Assembly: GCF_009914755.1 (NCBI RefSeq)
Contig: NC_060927.1
Source of the DNA: the human T2T-CHM13v2.0 reference genome, Homo sapiens
DNA length: 64,000 nt
Direction: 5' to 3' (one strand)
Positions 1 to 12,385 of this stretch are shown here, one piece after another. The notes beneath the pieces were generated by a model, which saw only the letters and a program-made list of their open reading frames with translations, did not search any database and had not been told where the DNA came from. Each line of letters begins with the position of its first letter. Within the stretch, counting starts at the first letter, position 1. Position numbers and translations under genes: made by a program.

Positions 1-222
1 TAGGTCCGGTTTTGTCCCCTTTGAAGTAATGCTGGAGTGGGAGGCTCCTTACTTCAGAGTCACCCCAAGGTCACATTCATCCAGTTCTCTGATAGCAGCA
101 GGTTTGAGAACTGCTGCCATGCTGAGTACTCACTTAGGGCTTTGTGTCCGGATGCTCCCAGGATGCATTCAAGGAGCCGGGTGGGCCTTGGTGGCGGTCG
201 TTGCCACCAAGTGGCAACATCC

Positions 223-1223
223 AAGCTGCTTGAAGCCACCCACAACCCCACAACCAAGAGAAGAGAAGACCAAAGTCCTCAGGTAAATCACAAGTGTGAA
301 TGACTTGCAGGGTGGCACTGGGGTCCTTCTTGTTGTTTGTTGCTTGGAGCTGGGTTTATTGTTTCATTATTTGGGCAACTTGCAATTCTGCCTATTTTTC
401 TATGGCAAAGAACACATTAAATCTCTCCTTAGATTGAATTTCCTTCCCACCCCCACCCCCAGCACAGAGCCTGGCCCTATAAGTGCTCTGTGTGGATTAA
501 TGGCTGTGAGTGAGCGAATAAATGACATGGCGCCTGGATTCACAAGCGGAGATGGCCTAAGAACGTTGTAATCTGGTAGAGGAGTGATGCCAACACCTCC
601 TCATTCTCCTTTGAACTCTGTTTTCTGAAGAGCAGCTAAAAGCTCAAGACTGGGCTAAGGAAGTGTGCCCTTGGATGTGGTTAAGAGACCTGGGTCAGCC
701 CAGAAAGCCACCCCCTGACACGGGGGAGGGAGCATACTTTGAGGGCTGACACCCACAGGCACACCTTCTCATGGTAGTTTTAGGGTATAACAGGCTGGAA
801 ATCCCCAGAAAGGTGGCTGCTTGGGCATGGGTGTGTCCTGGCCTGGTGTGGGCGCTTCCCCCTCAGAACACAGGCTGTGCCACGTGGGGAGCCGAGGTCC
901 TGCCTGAGTAACCCAGGTCCCTGATTGCTGGTTTTGCTCCCTGACACCTGCAGGCCTGCCACTCCACCTCGCAAAGTCCCTGAGTGACAGCTTGCAGGTG
1001 CTTGCCTGCCTGGGGTGGATGAGTGATGTGGATGGCTGTAGGATCCTGTGAGTCCCTTGAGGATGCAAAAGTAGAGCGCGTTTTGCCTTAGAGGAATGGA
1101 CTTGTTGGCTTGGGGCTTGAGGACCCTCCCAGAGGTCAAAGACTCGGTTTTATAGAAGGGAAGTGATTTCCCTGAGGACTTTGGTCTTCTCTTCTCTTGG
1201 TTGTGGGTGGCTTCAAGCAGCTT
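223..1223. repeat. Long inverted repeat, arms 223-291 and 1163-1223
   Basis: Reverse complement of 1163-1223 equals 223-291 except one substitution and an 8-nt duplication (ccacaacc) in the left arm. Confidence 0.95.
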
Positions 1224-2869
1224 AAATTTCTCACCGCACGTTCCCCTGCGCAGAGCAGTTTGAGAAGCTGGTGGCAATGTCTCCATTACGTGCTGTGCTG
1301 GGAGCCACTAGGATTGGGGACCACTCCATGTAGTACTCTGGCACCTTTAGAAATCCCTGTGAGCTCACAGACCCTCACAGAGTAACAGCTTCTACCTTGA
1401 AATGTTCTTAACGTGGTGGTCCTGGCTGCTCCTGGAGGGCCCTAAAAGGGATGGTGCTGAGGGTGGCTCTCTCAGTCCCATCCTCTTCTGAGCTGTCTGG
1501 TCAGTGTCTTGTGTATGTATATTTTGAAGAATAAGATTCAGGTTTCAGAAGCATGTAGAGGAGAGTGAAACTGTCTTGCAGCCTGCGAAGTCGTGGCGAA
1601 ATGCACTGGCCATCACTACCCAGACATCCCTCACTTCATAGCCCTGTTGGGGAATAAACACAGTCCATTCCTTAGTTGGGGCCTCAGGGGACACTTTAAA
1701 ATGCTGTAGGCATTGTAGGTGTAAATCTCCGAGATTTTTTCCCTCCCCCTTCTTAGGTTATTTAAGGTACAGTTCATTTTCTATCTGAGTTTTTGTTTTG
1801 TTTTTGACTGGTAACAAGAGCATACTTTCTTTTATGGGATGGGTGGGCTTAACTGGAAGAGGGTTTTTCCCTCTCTTTTTTAGCACTTCAGAGAAGAGGC
1901 CAGAAAACTTTATGCGGGTGAGGGAGGAGGTATCCCCAAGACCTCTGGTTAGCCTGAGGTCTGCTTAGTGAGCCCCTGAATTGTTAGGGGCTGTGGGGAA
2001 ACGGAAGCTCGGGAAGAGTTGGCACGTTGGGAATGCCACGTTGGCTGAAGTAGCGAGTCAGTCCTGCCTTAAACAGTACAAAAAGGAGACCTTTCCTGCC
2101 CCTTGGCTGGCTCCCAGCTCTGTTGAATTTGACCTGTACACATTTTACCAGGAAATGTTGTTCACATGAGGCAGGGGGCCAATTGGTTTTGTGTGCAGTG
2201 CTTAAAAATGCTGGAAAATTAATCCTCTCTTCATTGATGCAACCAGTTTTTTTTTTTTTTTCTTGGCCTTTACCCCCTTCCTTATTACAAAAGGAATGTG
2301 ACAAAATATACATAGGCCAAATGCTACACCCTTTTAACACTTGATCAGCAACAGCTTTCAGCAGGGCCTGCATTCCAGCAAGGCTGCTGGATTCTTGGGG
2401 GGAACTCGTCTCTCCCTCACACTTTCCTGTTACATTATGCCTGGCCGATTGTGGTGAAGGGGATCTTGATCTACTGAGACAGCCATGAGATTTCTTGGAG
2501 CCTCGATTTGGAGGGAGGGAACTTGGCCAACCATGGAGAGAAGAAGCCGGCTGTGTGCCAGCCTGGAACCGGCGAGAGGAGAGAAATGGCGCACACATGG
2601 CTATCGCGTGCCACCCGGCCACCCGTGAGGGTGCCTGCCAATCCTGCAAGCACCATCTGCCTTCACACTTGCAATTTTATTTTCTTTCACATGGAAATGG
2701 AAGTTCAGATATTGTGCGATGGTCTTAGCACAGGTCTAGGTGAACTCTTGCAAATCCCTGTTGCAGCCTGGGGGCCTCAAACTGATTCCTAGGACAGAAA
2801 TGGTTCTGTTTGGTGAGTGGCCCCAGGCCCAGCTGCACTGGCTGGCACTGGGTATGATGATGGGGAGGT

Positions 2870-3125
2870 GGTGTGGCAGAGCAGCTAGGACACAGATTTG
2901 GGGGCCATGGGTATGAGGCCCAGCTCGCACCCTTACCAAGGTGTGTGACTTGGGGCACGTTCCTTTACCAGTCTGAGCCACAGTTTCCTCTCCTGAAAAA
3001 ATGAGATGACAGTAGGAACTACCCCTTAGGACTGTTTTGATCTTGAATTGAGGAAATGCATAAAAGCACATAGCATGGTGCTTGGTGTGTAGAAAATGCT
3101 CATTAAGTTGCTTCTGTTATTATTA
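2870..3125 (+). mobile_element. MIR SINE
   Basis: tgtgtgacttgggg...cagtttcctc...aaaatgag...gcacatagcatggtgcttgg core; boundaries approximate. Confidence 0.7.
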
Positions 3126-3327
3126 GCTGCTCTTATTTGATCTAATTTTTCTGTTATTCTTGCCTTGTGGTCAAAAGCTAGAAGAAATAGATCTAAGATA
3201 CTTTCTACATTGATTGGAATCAAGTCTCCCCTGTCCGTGAGAAGAATGAGGGATCTTGAGGGGATTTTAAATGCCAAGTTAGCTTTTTGGTACCCAAAGG
3301 TAAACTGAGTTTTCTCTCTTGTTCCAG

Positions 3328-3445
3328 GGCAACATGCAGGTTCTGGTGACTTACGGTGGCGATCCCATCCCTAAAAGCCCTTTCACTGTGGGTGTTGCTG
3401 CACCGCTGGATCTGAGCAAGATAAAACTCAATGGGCTGGAAAACA
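3328..3445 (+). CDS. FLNB: FLNB exon 19 (118 nt), end of repeat 7/start of repeat 8
   Basis: ttccag|GGC..AACA|gtaagt; [39 protein letters not shown] (not in the ORF track). Confidence 0.97.
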
Positions 3446-5269
3446 GTAAGTGCCTGAATGGAGAGCAGATGGGTTGTTGATGACCCCCCAACGTGGCTGC
3501 TGGTTAGATTTTCTTCAAAAGGTGAAATTTGCAGAGAAGCAAATTCTATGTTAAGAGACTTTGCAGTTGCACAGACTTTGGTTCGAATTAAGGCCGTGGT
3601 GTGAAGTAACTGTGACTGTGTCTGCCCCTTAGCCACACCGAGACTCAGCTTTCTCATTTGTACAGTGGGGGGTGGTCGGCGGGGAGAGGTTGAGAACACC
3701 CATGGGAATATTTTGAAAATTATATGAGCTAATGGTTCAGAGGCTGGCACGTAGTCAGCCCCCTGGCATTGCAGTAGGAAGTTTTCATTAAAAAGAGAAT
3801 TTGGGCTATGTTGCTTTCTGATGAGTTTCTAACTGTGCCAGCTATCCTTGGCAACTGAATCCGCACTAAGGTTGCGAGTCAAGCATAAATGCCAAATCCC
3901 TGGCACTCAGAAGTCACTACCACCACACCTCTGCCCCATCCCAATGTTCCTTTAGCTTGTTAGGGATTTTACTAGTATAAGCTCATTTCGCTTATTTTCA
4001 ATTTTCTGATTATTTTTTAGTAGGGAAAATTTCAAACAGAAAAGGAAAGAGAATAGTATAACATGAACACTGATGTACTTATCACTCAGCTTCAGATGTG
4101 CAACACATGCTCATAAAATGATTTTTTTATACAAGTAAAAATATATCCATTTTTCATCTAAAAAACATTACAGTTAAGGGATAATTCCACTTTAACCCTC
4201 ACCTCTCCTTCTCCCTAGGGTTAACCAAAGTTTTCAATTCAGTTTCTGTTCTTCCAGATCTTCTCTCTGCATCTATACATATAGATGTGCCTGTGGAACA
4301 CATTTGGCTGTATTTATTTTGCATTAAAGTTGCCCTGCTGTATAAACCTACTTCTTCGGCCTGCCTTCCAACAGTGCATCTCGGGAATCATTCACTCCTA
4401 CATCTTTTCCGTCTGTGTTTACTGCTGAGTGGCTCCAGACTGGATGTACCTCAGGGCTCACATTCACCTGGTTTCAGGCTTACTGAGGCAGGGCTGAGTG
4501 CATACCCCCAGGACGGGGCCTCCTGTATTCACCTGTGAGGGTTTCTCCAGAGTACCACTAGCAGTGCCATTAGTGAGCATCTTCCTTCACTCGTGACCCA
4601 AGTGCACAAGTTGCAAGCAAGGCCAGCTCCCAGTTGCAGAGATCCAAAGTGAGAGCTCACTGTTGGCTTTTGTGGCTGGAGCAGCCAGCTCTGAGTGTGT
4701 AAACGTCCACTGCCCAACCCTGTCATGTGTCCCCTTGTCACTCCTTTCCCCAAGACACTGAGAGCTTTGACTCCAGAACAGGAAAAGCAGGGTGCCAATT
4801 AGGAAAGCCTCTTTTCCGGTGGGAAGTAGCGATCCGGGACCTCCTTGCCTGTGGTTCGGCAGTGTCCATCTTGCCAGGCCCTATGTTCCTTCAGAGTCAA
4901 GGTTCTCTGGGTTGTGGCAGGGGCCCTGTGTTCCCAGTGCTTTTGTTTTGGGTAAAGTCCTTTCCCTGTTCTTGTCTAATCTAACACTTGGGCTTCCTGC
5001 AGCCCTGCTTTGCAGAGACCTTTTGGAAACCATCACGGTACAGTCAGTTCTCAGCACTTGCTTCAATCGGCTCGCATTTGGCAGCTCTGTGACTTCTGCT
5101 TTCTTGAGGGGGAGGGGTGCCTATAAGATGGAGTTGGCTGCCAAGAATTAGTAAATAAAACATTGACTTATGAGGGTGTTTGGATATCAAGTTAACACCA
5201 AAAGTAAGTAAATAAGAGACGACAGTGTCAGATTACAACTTTCTGGTCAGCAAAGATTGTGGGGTCAGG

Positions 5270-5480
5270 TAAATTTCACTTTGAGTCCCAGCTTGGCAGG
5301 CTGCTGCATATGTCACCCTGGACAAGTTACTTAACCTCTCTGAGCATCAGTTTCCCCATCTGTGAAAGCCATTGGTTAATAATAAATACCCCATAGGATT
5401 GTGGTGAAAATTAAGACAATAACCTATTTGTGCTTGGCATATAAAATGCATTCAGTAAATGATAGCCGTTATTGCTGTCA
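5270..5480 (+). mobile_element. MIR SINE
   Basis: gacaagttacttaacctctctgagcatcagtttccccatctgtgaaa core; boundaries approximate. Confidence 0.75.
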
Positions 5481-5696
5481 TCACTAATTGATTATTGTGC
5501 CGACACTTGTTGTTACTGAGGCTGAGATGCTGATGATACTTACTCAGCTTTGCTGCTTGTCCTCTGCAGCAGCTGTTGCTTACAGTGGAGGCTGAGATAA
5601 GTCCCCGTGTCCAAAGAACCATTGCTTCTGTGCTCTGGATTGTTCCTGCTGCTGAAAAGGGTCAGCTCTTCACCTCAGCTTGTGTTTCTTTTCCAG

Positions 5697-5959
5697 GGGT
5701 GGAAGTTGGGAAGGATCAGGAGTTCACCGTTGATACCAGGGGGGCAGGAGGCCAGGGGAAGCTGGACGTGACAATCCTCAGCCCCTCTCGGAAGGTCGTG
5801 CCATGCCTAGTGACACCTGTGACAGGCCGGGAGAACAGCACGGCCAAGTTCATCCCTCGGGAGGAGGGGCTGTATGCTGTAGACGTGACCTACGATGGAC
5901 ACCCTGTGCCCGGGAGCCCCTACACAGTGGAGGCCTCGCTGCCACCAGATCCCAGCAAG
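5697..5959 (+). CDS. FLNB: FLNB exon 20 (263 nt)
   Basis: ttccag|GG..AAG|gtcagc; [18 protein letters not shown]...PPDPSK. Confidence 0.97.
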
Positions 5960-6343
5960 GTCAGCCTTTGCTTTTGTCCCAGAACTTGTCTCATTGCTGT
6001 CAAACATGACACCATAGTCCTTCTCTGGTTCTTCCTGGCAAAGACCTTCTGAAAATCGTTTTGTGATGAAAGTTAGCACAATTCACTGTGAAAGGTCCCC
6101 TGGGTAGGTGGGTCACAACCCTGCTCCTCCTCTTGCTCTCTGACTACAAGACTTTGGTGAGGGGCTCCCTGTCCCAGAGTCTTCTTTCTTCGCTTGTTAG
6201 CATAATCACAGTCCTCACTACAAAGCCAGCCTGTAAGGGGTAGGTGAGTTAGCAAACGTGGAGGCCTCTGCCCAGCACCCAGCTCACAGACGGAGCTCAC
6301 CCTCCAGAAGCTAGAATCATGTAATATAAAAATACATTATTCT

Positions 6344-7058
<715 letters not shown>

Positions 7059-7548
7059 TTATTTGTTGAATTAGAGGTGAAAGCCTCCTTCCTCACTCTT
7101 TTTTAGAAACAGTTTAGTTTTATTATTATGCAGAATTTGTTGAGCAAATTGCAACAGCCCAAGCCACAGCTAGCTCCACAAGAGCCCTTCCATGAGCCCT
7201 CAACCTGGGATCTCGTGTATCTTTGTTGGAATGGACATTAGGTTTCCAAGTCCAGGCCTGTGATTTAGAAGGGTCAGGTTGGGTAGGAGAGAGGAGAGTC
7301 TTGGAGGGGCTGCTCCATGGGGGTCACACCTCTCTCCTGTGGGTTTTCGCTGGTGATTGAGTTCTGAGGCATTTGCTGCATTGACTGTTGTAGCTTTAAC
7401 TCGTGTGCACGTGTGACACATAAAGCCCCAAGAGAAGGGCTGCCTGGCTCAGATGCACTTCCATGCTGATTATATGCATGGGTGTTGAAAGCAGTGCTGG
7501 CTGAGCAGCGATCCCAGTGCAGTTTGACTTTATTCTTTGCTCAAATAG

Positions 7549-8146
7549 GTGAAGGCCCACGGTCCCGGCCTCGAAGGTGGTCTCGTGGGCAAGCCTGCCG
7601 AGTTCACCATCGATACCAAAGGAGCTGGTACTGGAGGTCTGGGCTTAACGGTGGAAGGTCCGTGCGAGGCCAAAATCGAGTGCTCCGACAATGGTGATGG
7701 GACCTGCTCCGTCTCTTACCTTCCCACAAAACCCGGGGAGTACTTCGTCAACATCCTCTTTGAAGAAGTCCACATACCTGGGTCTCCCTTCAAAGCTGAC
7801 ATTGAAATGCCCTTTGACCCCTCTAAAGTCGTGGCATCGGGGCCAGGTCTCGAGCACGGGAAGGTGGGTGAAGCTGGCCTCCTTAGCGTCGACTGCTCGG
7901 AAGCGGGACCGGGGGCCCTGGGCCTGGAAGCTGTCTCGGACTCGGGAACAAAAGCCGAAGTCAGTATTCAGAACAACAAAGATGGCACCTACGCGGTGAC
8001 CTACGTGCCCCTGACGGCCGGCATGTACACGTTGACCATGAAGTATGGTGGCGAACTCGTGCCACACTTCCCCGCCCGGGTCAAGGTGGAGCCCGCCGTG
8101 GACACCAGCAGGATCAAAGTCTTTGGACCAGGAATAGAAGGGAAAG
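7549..8146 (+). CDS. FLNB: FLNB exon 21 (598 nt), repeats 9-10
   Basis: aatag|GTG..AAAG|gtgggt; [11 protein letters not shown]...GPGIEGK. Confidence 0.98.
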
Positions 8147-8787
8147 GTGGGTTTCATTTAAAAAAAAAAAAAAAAAAAAAAAGACAAGCTGGGACTTAAG
8201 GGCTACCTGAAACTTGGAGCTGCAAACTCAGCCACCTGCAGGAGCCAGGTGACATATAAGGCGGTGCTCACCTGTTCCCTCTGCCTCGGGGAGTAGTTGG
8301 GGGGCCCTGGTGAAGGTTAAGCACATTGCATTTCTGGGGACCGTGCTACTCAACCCCTGTTTTCTGTTTCTCCATGGGGAACAGGACCTAGCATTGTCAG
8401 CAGAATCTCTAGTTTTTTGGCAAAGGCAGAAATCTTGATTTTTCTCTGGAAACTCAACATACAACATGTTGGCATTTAATTGGAAAAAAGTTTAAAATGT
8501 AGTGTTGTCTAACACCTGCATGCCACACAGCAGGTTAGTCTTCAACCTTTAACCTGTCCTCGAGCCCGGTGTGAGCAGTTGTGTTGTCACTTAGCCGTGG
8601 CTACTCTAGAAAGGCCTTCTTTGGGATGGAGGGGGTTAATATTCTTGATTTGAGAGTTAGAAAAACCAGTTTTCCAGTTACTGAAATTGGACTTCATGTG
8701 TCCTGAAGTGCCAAGAACCTTGGTTCTGGGGTTTGCTTTTGGGTCTGGGGTACTGGTGGCAGTGTTAGCTATGTGCTTGCTCTGCAG

Positions 8788-8961
8788 ATGTGTTCCGGGA
8801 AGCTACCACCGACTTTACAGTTGACTCTCGGCCGCTGACCCAGGTTGGGGGTGACCACATCAAGGCCCACATTGCCAACCCCTCAGGGGCCTCCACCGAG
8901 TGCTTTGTCACAGACAATGCGGATGGGACCTACCAGGTGGAATACACACCCTTTGAGAAAG
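8788..8961 (+). CDS. FLNB: FLNB exon 22 (174 nt)
   Basis: ctgcag|AT..AAAG|gtgagc; [14 protein letters not shown]...YTPFEK. Confidence 0.97.
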
Positions 8962-9586
8962 GTGAGCCGCCCTGTCCTCGGACTGGACCCTCGTTCAGAG
9001 CTGCCCTTGGTCATTGCCTCCTGGTGGCTGGTACTGATGCCTGCCCCATGTGCTAGGCCTGTCTCAGCAGGGCCACGTGCAGAGTGACAGAGTGGAAGTC
9101 AGCGTCCGCTGCAGTCACCTGCCCACTCAGTGCCTGGCTTGCTGGCCTTGTGTAATAGGTGGGCTGGGTTTAGCCTCAGTCTCACCTCAGCAAGTTATGG
9201 GGTAATGTCATGATGTTGCTCATTTGTGCCATTTTTCTTTGCGTATGAATTTCTTTCTTCTTGAGTATTAGGAATTATAAAAAATTTCAATAAATAGAAA
9301 ACCATAAAGAAAAAAAAGTGCCATGTATATCTCCACTACCTGGAGATCGGAAGCCTGCGATATTCTGATATAGATATTTTCAGTCTTCTTGTGGATGCCT
9401 GTTTCTTCTGTTTCACGGGTTTCGCTTTTTCTTTTGGTTAATGGCTGGATGGTGTTTTCCCGAATGAGAGTAGTCTGTTTAGGATGACTGACTTGAATAT
9501 TTGCTTGGTTGGGGTGGAGTGGCTTATGTGACTGCAGATAGACGGTTTGTATTATTTAAAAGTCAGATCATACCTACATTACTGTG

Positions 9587-9925
<339 letters not shown>

Positions 9926-10036
9926 TAGTATAGCATGCAGACTTCGATGCTAGATGAAACTCTGAAGTAGAGAATCATTTTTCACAAATAGGGGATTTGT
10001 ATGCAAATATGCGTTTCTGTTTGTTGTTTTGAGCAG

Positions 10037-10199
10037 GTCTCCATGTAGTGGAGGTGACATATGATGACGTGCCTATCCCAAACAGTCCCTTCAAGGTGGC
10101 TGTCACTGAAGGCTGCCAGCCATCTAGGGTGCAAGCCCAAGGACCTGGATTGAAAGAGGCCTTTACCAACAAGCCCAATGTCTTCACCGTGGTTACCAG
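10037..10199 (+). CDS. FLNB: FLNB exon 23 (163 nt)
   Basis: gagcag|GT..ACCAG|gtaggc; [22 protein letters not shown]...VFTVVT. Confidence 0.97.
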
Positions 10200-10550
10200 G
10201 TAGGCAAGGCCCTACATTTGGTGTCTTGAGTCTCACTTTTGTGGCTAGATTCTACCTATGTGTCATGGTTTCCTAACTTTTGATAAGATGAATTTTTATT
10301 TTTATAACATGTATTTCCTTCTGTAGAGACTTATGTTACATAGAAAGACCAAGCATACCTAAAAAACATACCAAAGCACTTGATAATGGTCATGAAACTA
10401 TTTAGCAAACCAGGAGTCAATCAAGCTCTATAACTTGATAATGTAAAAATTTGTAGCCAACCTTGTAAGTATTTTTATTAAAGTTGGTTGCAAGGCATAT
10501 GCCTGCGTTGTACTTGCAGTCCTAGCCAGTGCAATTAGATAAGAAAAATA

Positions 10551-10891
<341 letters not shown>

Positions 10892-11057
10892 TTACTTACA
10901 TTATACTAATGTGAAATTCCCTATGTGAGAGGTGTAGTAATTGAGTTGGGGTGGCTACGTGGAATAGTTTATAAAGGGAATTTGCATGAATTTTGGCAAT
11001 AAGCAGACCAGCATAAATAAATGGTGCACATTTCACTTTCTTTTCCACTCTTTCCAG

Positions 11058-11218
11058 AGGCGCAGGAATTGGTGGGCTTGGCATAACTGTTGAGGGACCA
11101 TCAGAGTCGAAGATAAATTGCAGAGACAACAAGGATGGCAGCTGCAGTGCTGAGTACATTCCTTTCGCACCGGGGGATTACGATGTTAATATCACATATG
11201 GAGGAGCCCACATCCCCG
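11058..11218 (+). CDS. FLNB: FLNB exon 24 (161 nt)
   Basis: ttccag|A..CCCG|gtgagc; [27 protein letters not shown]...YGGAHIP. Confidence 0.97.
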
Positions 11219-11503
11219 GTGAGCTATTCCTCAGAGAGGACCCCAGAGAATAATTGATTTTGCAGGAAAATGGGTTTGATTTTGGTTATCTCTCTGAGTG
11301 GGGAAAACAATCTGATATTTGTAATAGCTGCAAAAGGAGAGTTTTTCTTAGGGCTACATCTCCAAGATTATCTCAACTCCCAGTAGAACCGGTAACATGG
11401 CAAAAAGCATCGGCTTAGAATTTTGACTGGAAACAGTTGTGCGTGTGTTGGAGGACCTAGTTCTTGATTCAGGGGAAAGCTGGTTCTTTACAAAGTTGAA
11501 AAT

Positions 11504-11811
11504 CACAGTGGCTCACACCTGTAATCCCCAAACTTTGGGAGGCCAAGGCATGCAGATTGCTTCAGGTCAGGAGTTTGAGACCAGCCCAGGCAACATGGGG
11601 AATCCCCATCTTTACAAGAAATACAAAACTTAGCTGAGTGTGATGGTGCGTGCCTGTAATCCTAGCTATGTGGGGTGGGGGCTGTGATGGGACGATGTCT
11701 GAGATGGGAGCCTGGGAGGTTGAGTGAGCTGAGATTGCGCCACTGCGCTCCAGCTTGGGTGACAGAGGAAGACCCTGTCTCAAAAAAAAAAAAAAAGAAA
11801 AAGAAAGAAAA
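11504..11811 (+). mobile_element. Alu (diverged, AluJ-like)
   Basis: Dimer with A-rich tail. Confidence 0.9.
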
Positions 11812-11954
11812 TTTCTACCTTATTTTGTGCTTGGCTCCTTATTCATGTGTCTTGGTTTCTTTTTTTTCACTGACAATACTAGTAGCTGATCAAGATATGC
11901 AGATTCAAATTCTTTCTTTTGTATTTAGTGATGTCATGTGTAATCACTGTGAAA

Positions 11955-12178
11955 CACGGTTTCTCAACTCCGGCACTATGACACTTTGGGCTAGATGATT
12001 CTTTGTGGTGTGGGGCTGTCCTGTTCATTGTAGACTTTTGTCAGCATCCCTGCCCTGTACCTGCTAGATGCCCATAGCAGACTTCTCCTTCCCCATTCTT
12101 ATTTGTGGCAACCAAAAATGTCTCCATATCTTGCCAGATGTCTTAAGGGACAAAATCACTTCAGCCTGAACCACTGCT
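11955..12178. mobile_element. MER20 hAT DNA transposon
   Basis: ggtttctcaac...ggcactatgacactttgggctagatgattctttgtggtg...accaaaaatgtctcca...gaaccactg. Confidence 0.8.
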
Positions 12179-12302
12179 GTAAAGATTCAAACAATAAATA
12201 AATATATGACTTAAGTAGTGAAAGACCCTCCTCCATTTGTTTTGGGGGGAGGACTCTCCATAGGTTCTAGTTATCTACTCAAATGATTGTCACCCCCACA
12301 CA

Positions 12303-12385
12303 TTTTATTTATTTATTTCAATAGCTTTGGGGTACAAGTCGTTTGTGGTTACATGGATGAATTCTATAGTGGTGAATTCTGAGAC
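12303..12385 (-). mobile_element. L1 3'-end fragment (L1PB/MA-type)
   Basis: tttatttcaatagctttggggtacaagt...gttacatggatgaattctatagtggtgaattctgaga. Confidence 0.7.

Noticed and set aside
2030-2380. Three GGAATG/CATTCC (TEAD-like) motifs, plus scattered AP-1 heptamers elsewhere
   Set aside because: Short motifs occur at near-chance frequency; cannot call an enhancer without chromatin data
7645-8157. Minus-strand ORFs opposite FLNB exons (also 15171, 20366, 22635, 37779)
   Set aside because: Shadow ORFs caused by the codon bias of the sense exons
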